NCBI RefSeq assembly: GCF_006345805.1
Contig: NC_043001.1
Location: forward strand, 102,982,001 to 103,046,000
From: Octopus sinensis
Lineage: Eukaryota
Reading direction: 5' to 3'
DNA: 64,000 nucleotides
Shown here piece by piece: positions 63,908-64,000 of this stretch. The notes under the pieces are model-generated. The model saw only the letters and a program-made list of their open reading frames with translations. It searched no databases and was not told the origin of the DNA. The position numbers and the translations under genes are program-made. The stretch's first letter is position 1. The number at the start of each line of letters is the position of its first letter.

Positions 63908-64000
63908 TTGAATATCATATGCTGTGCTCTTGTCGGATCCTATGCGATAGTGTTTTCAATCGATATCCTCACATATGGCATCATTAGGTACATATTCCTG
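63908..64000 (+). CDS. TM7SF3: TM7SF3 exon 9 (runs off window)
   Basis: Acceptor ttgtttttacag, LNIICCALVGSYAIVFSIDILTYGIIRYIFL (LNI...GSY motif), phase 0 start. Confidence 0.9.
   Translation, partial: MNIICCALVGSYAIVFSIDILTYGIIRYIFL

Overview
AT-rich, microsatellite- and transposon-dense animal genomic DNA. The repeat families and base composition suggest an octopus-type coleoid cephalopod (inference from recognition, not verified). Two intron-rich genes diverge head-to-head about 12 kb apart. On the minus strand is the 5' end of a Greatwall/MASTL kinase: a putative non-coding exon near 32.2 kb, the ATG exon at 25578-25685 and the 'IPQIEDFSFIKPISRGAFG' exon at 24467-24522; no further kinase exons were found in the remaining 24 kb. 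On the plus strand is TM7SF3, with nine phase-consistent exons from 44782 to the window end. The rest is RTE, R4/Dong, HERO-like, CRE-like and Penelope retroelement fragments, several tRNA-derived SINE families, Helitrons, mariner fragments, MITEs and simple repeats; most ORFs in the supplied track are repeat artefacts. Most notable: (1) a ~310-bp inverted copy of TM7SF3 exon 4 plus its donor site inside intron 2, predicted to fold the pre-mRNA into a long duplex around exon 3 (candidate ADAR editing-complementary sequence or splicing switch); (2) a Penelope 3' end with a tRNA-like segment and a minimal hammerhead motif, sense within a MASTL intron; (3) serial short templated insertions among repeats in TM7SF3 introns.
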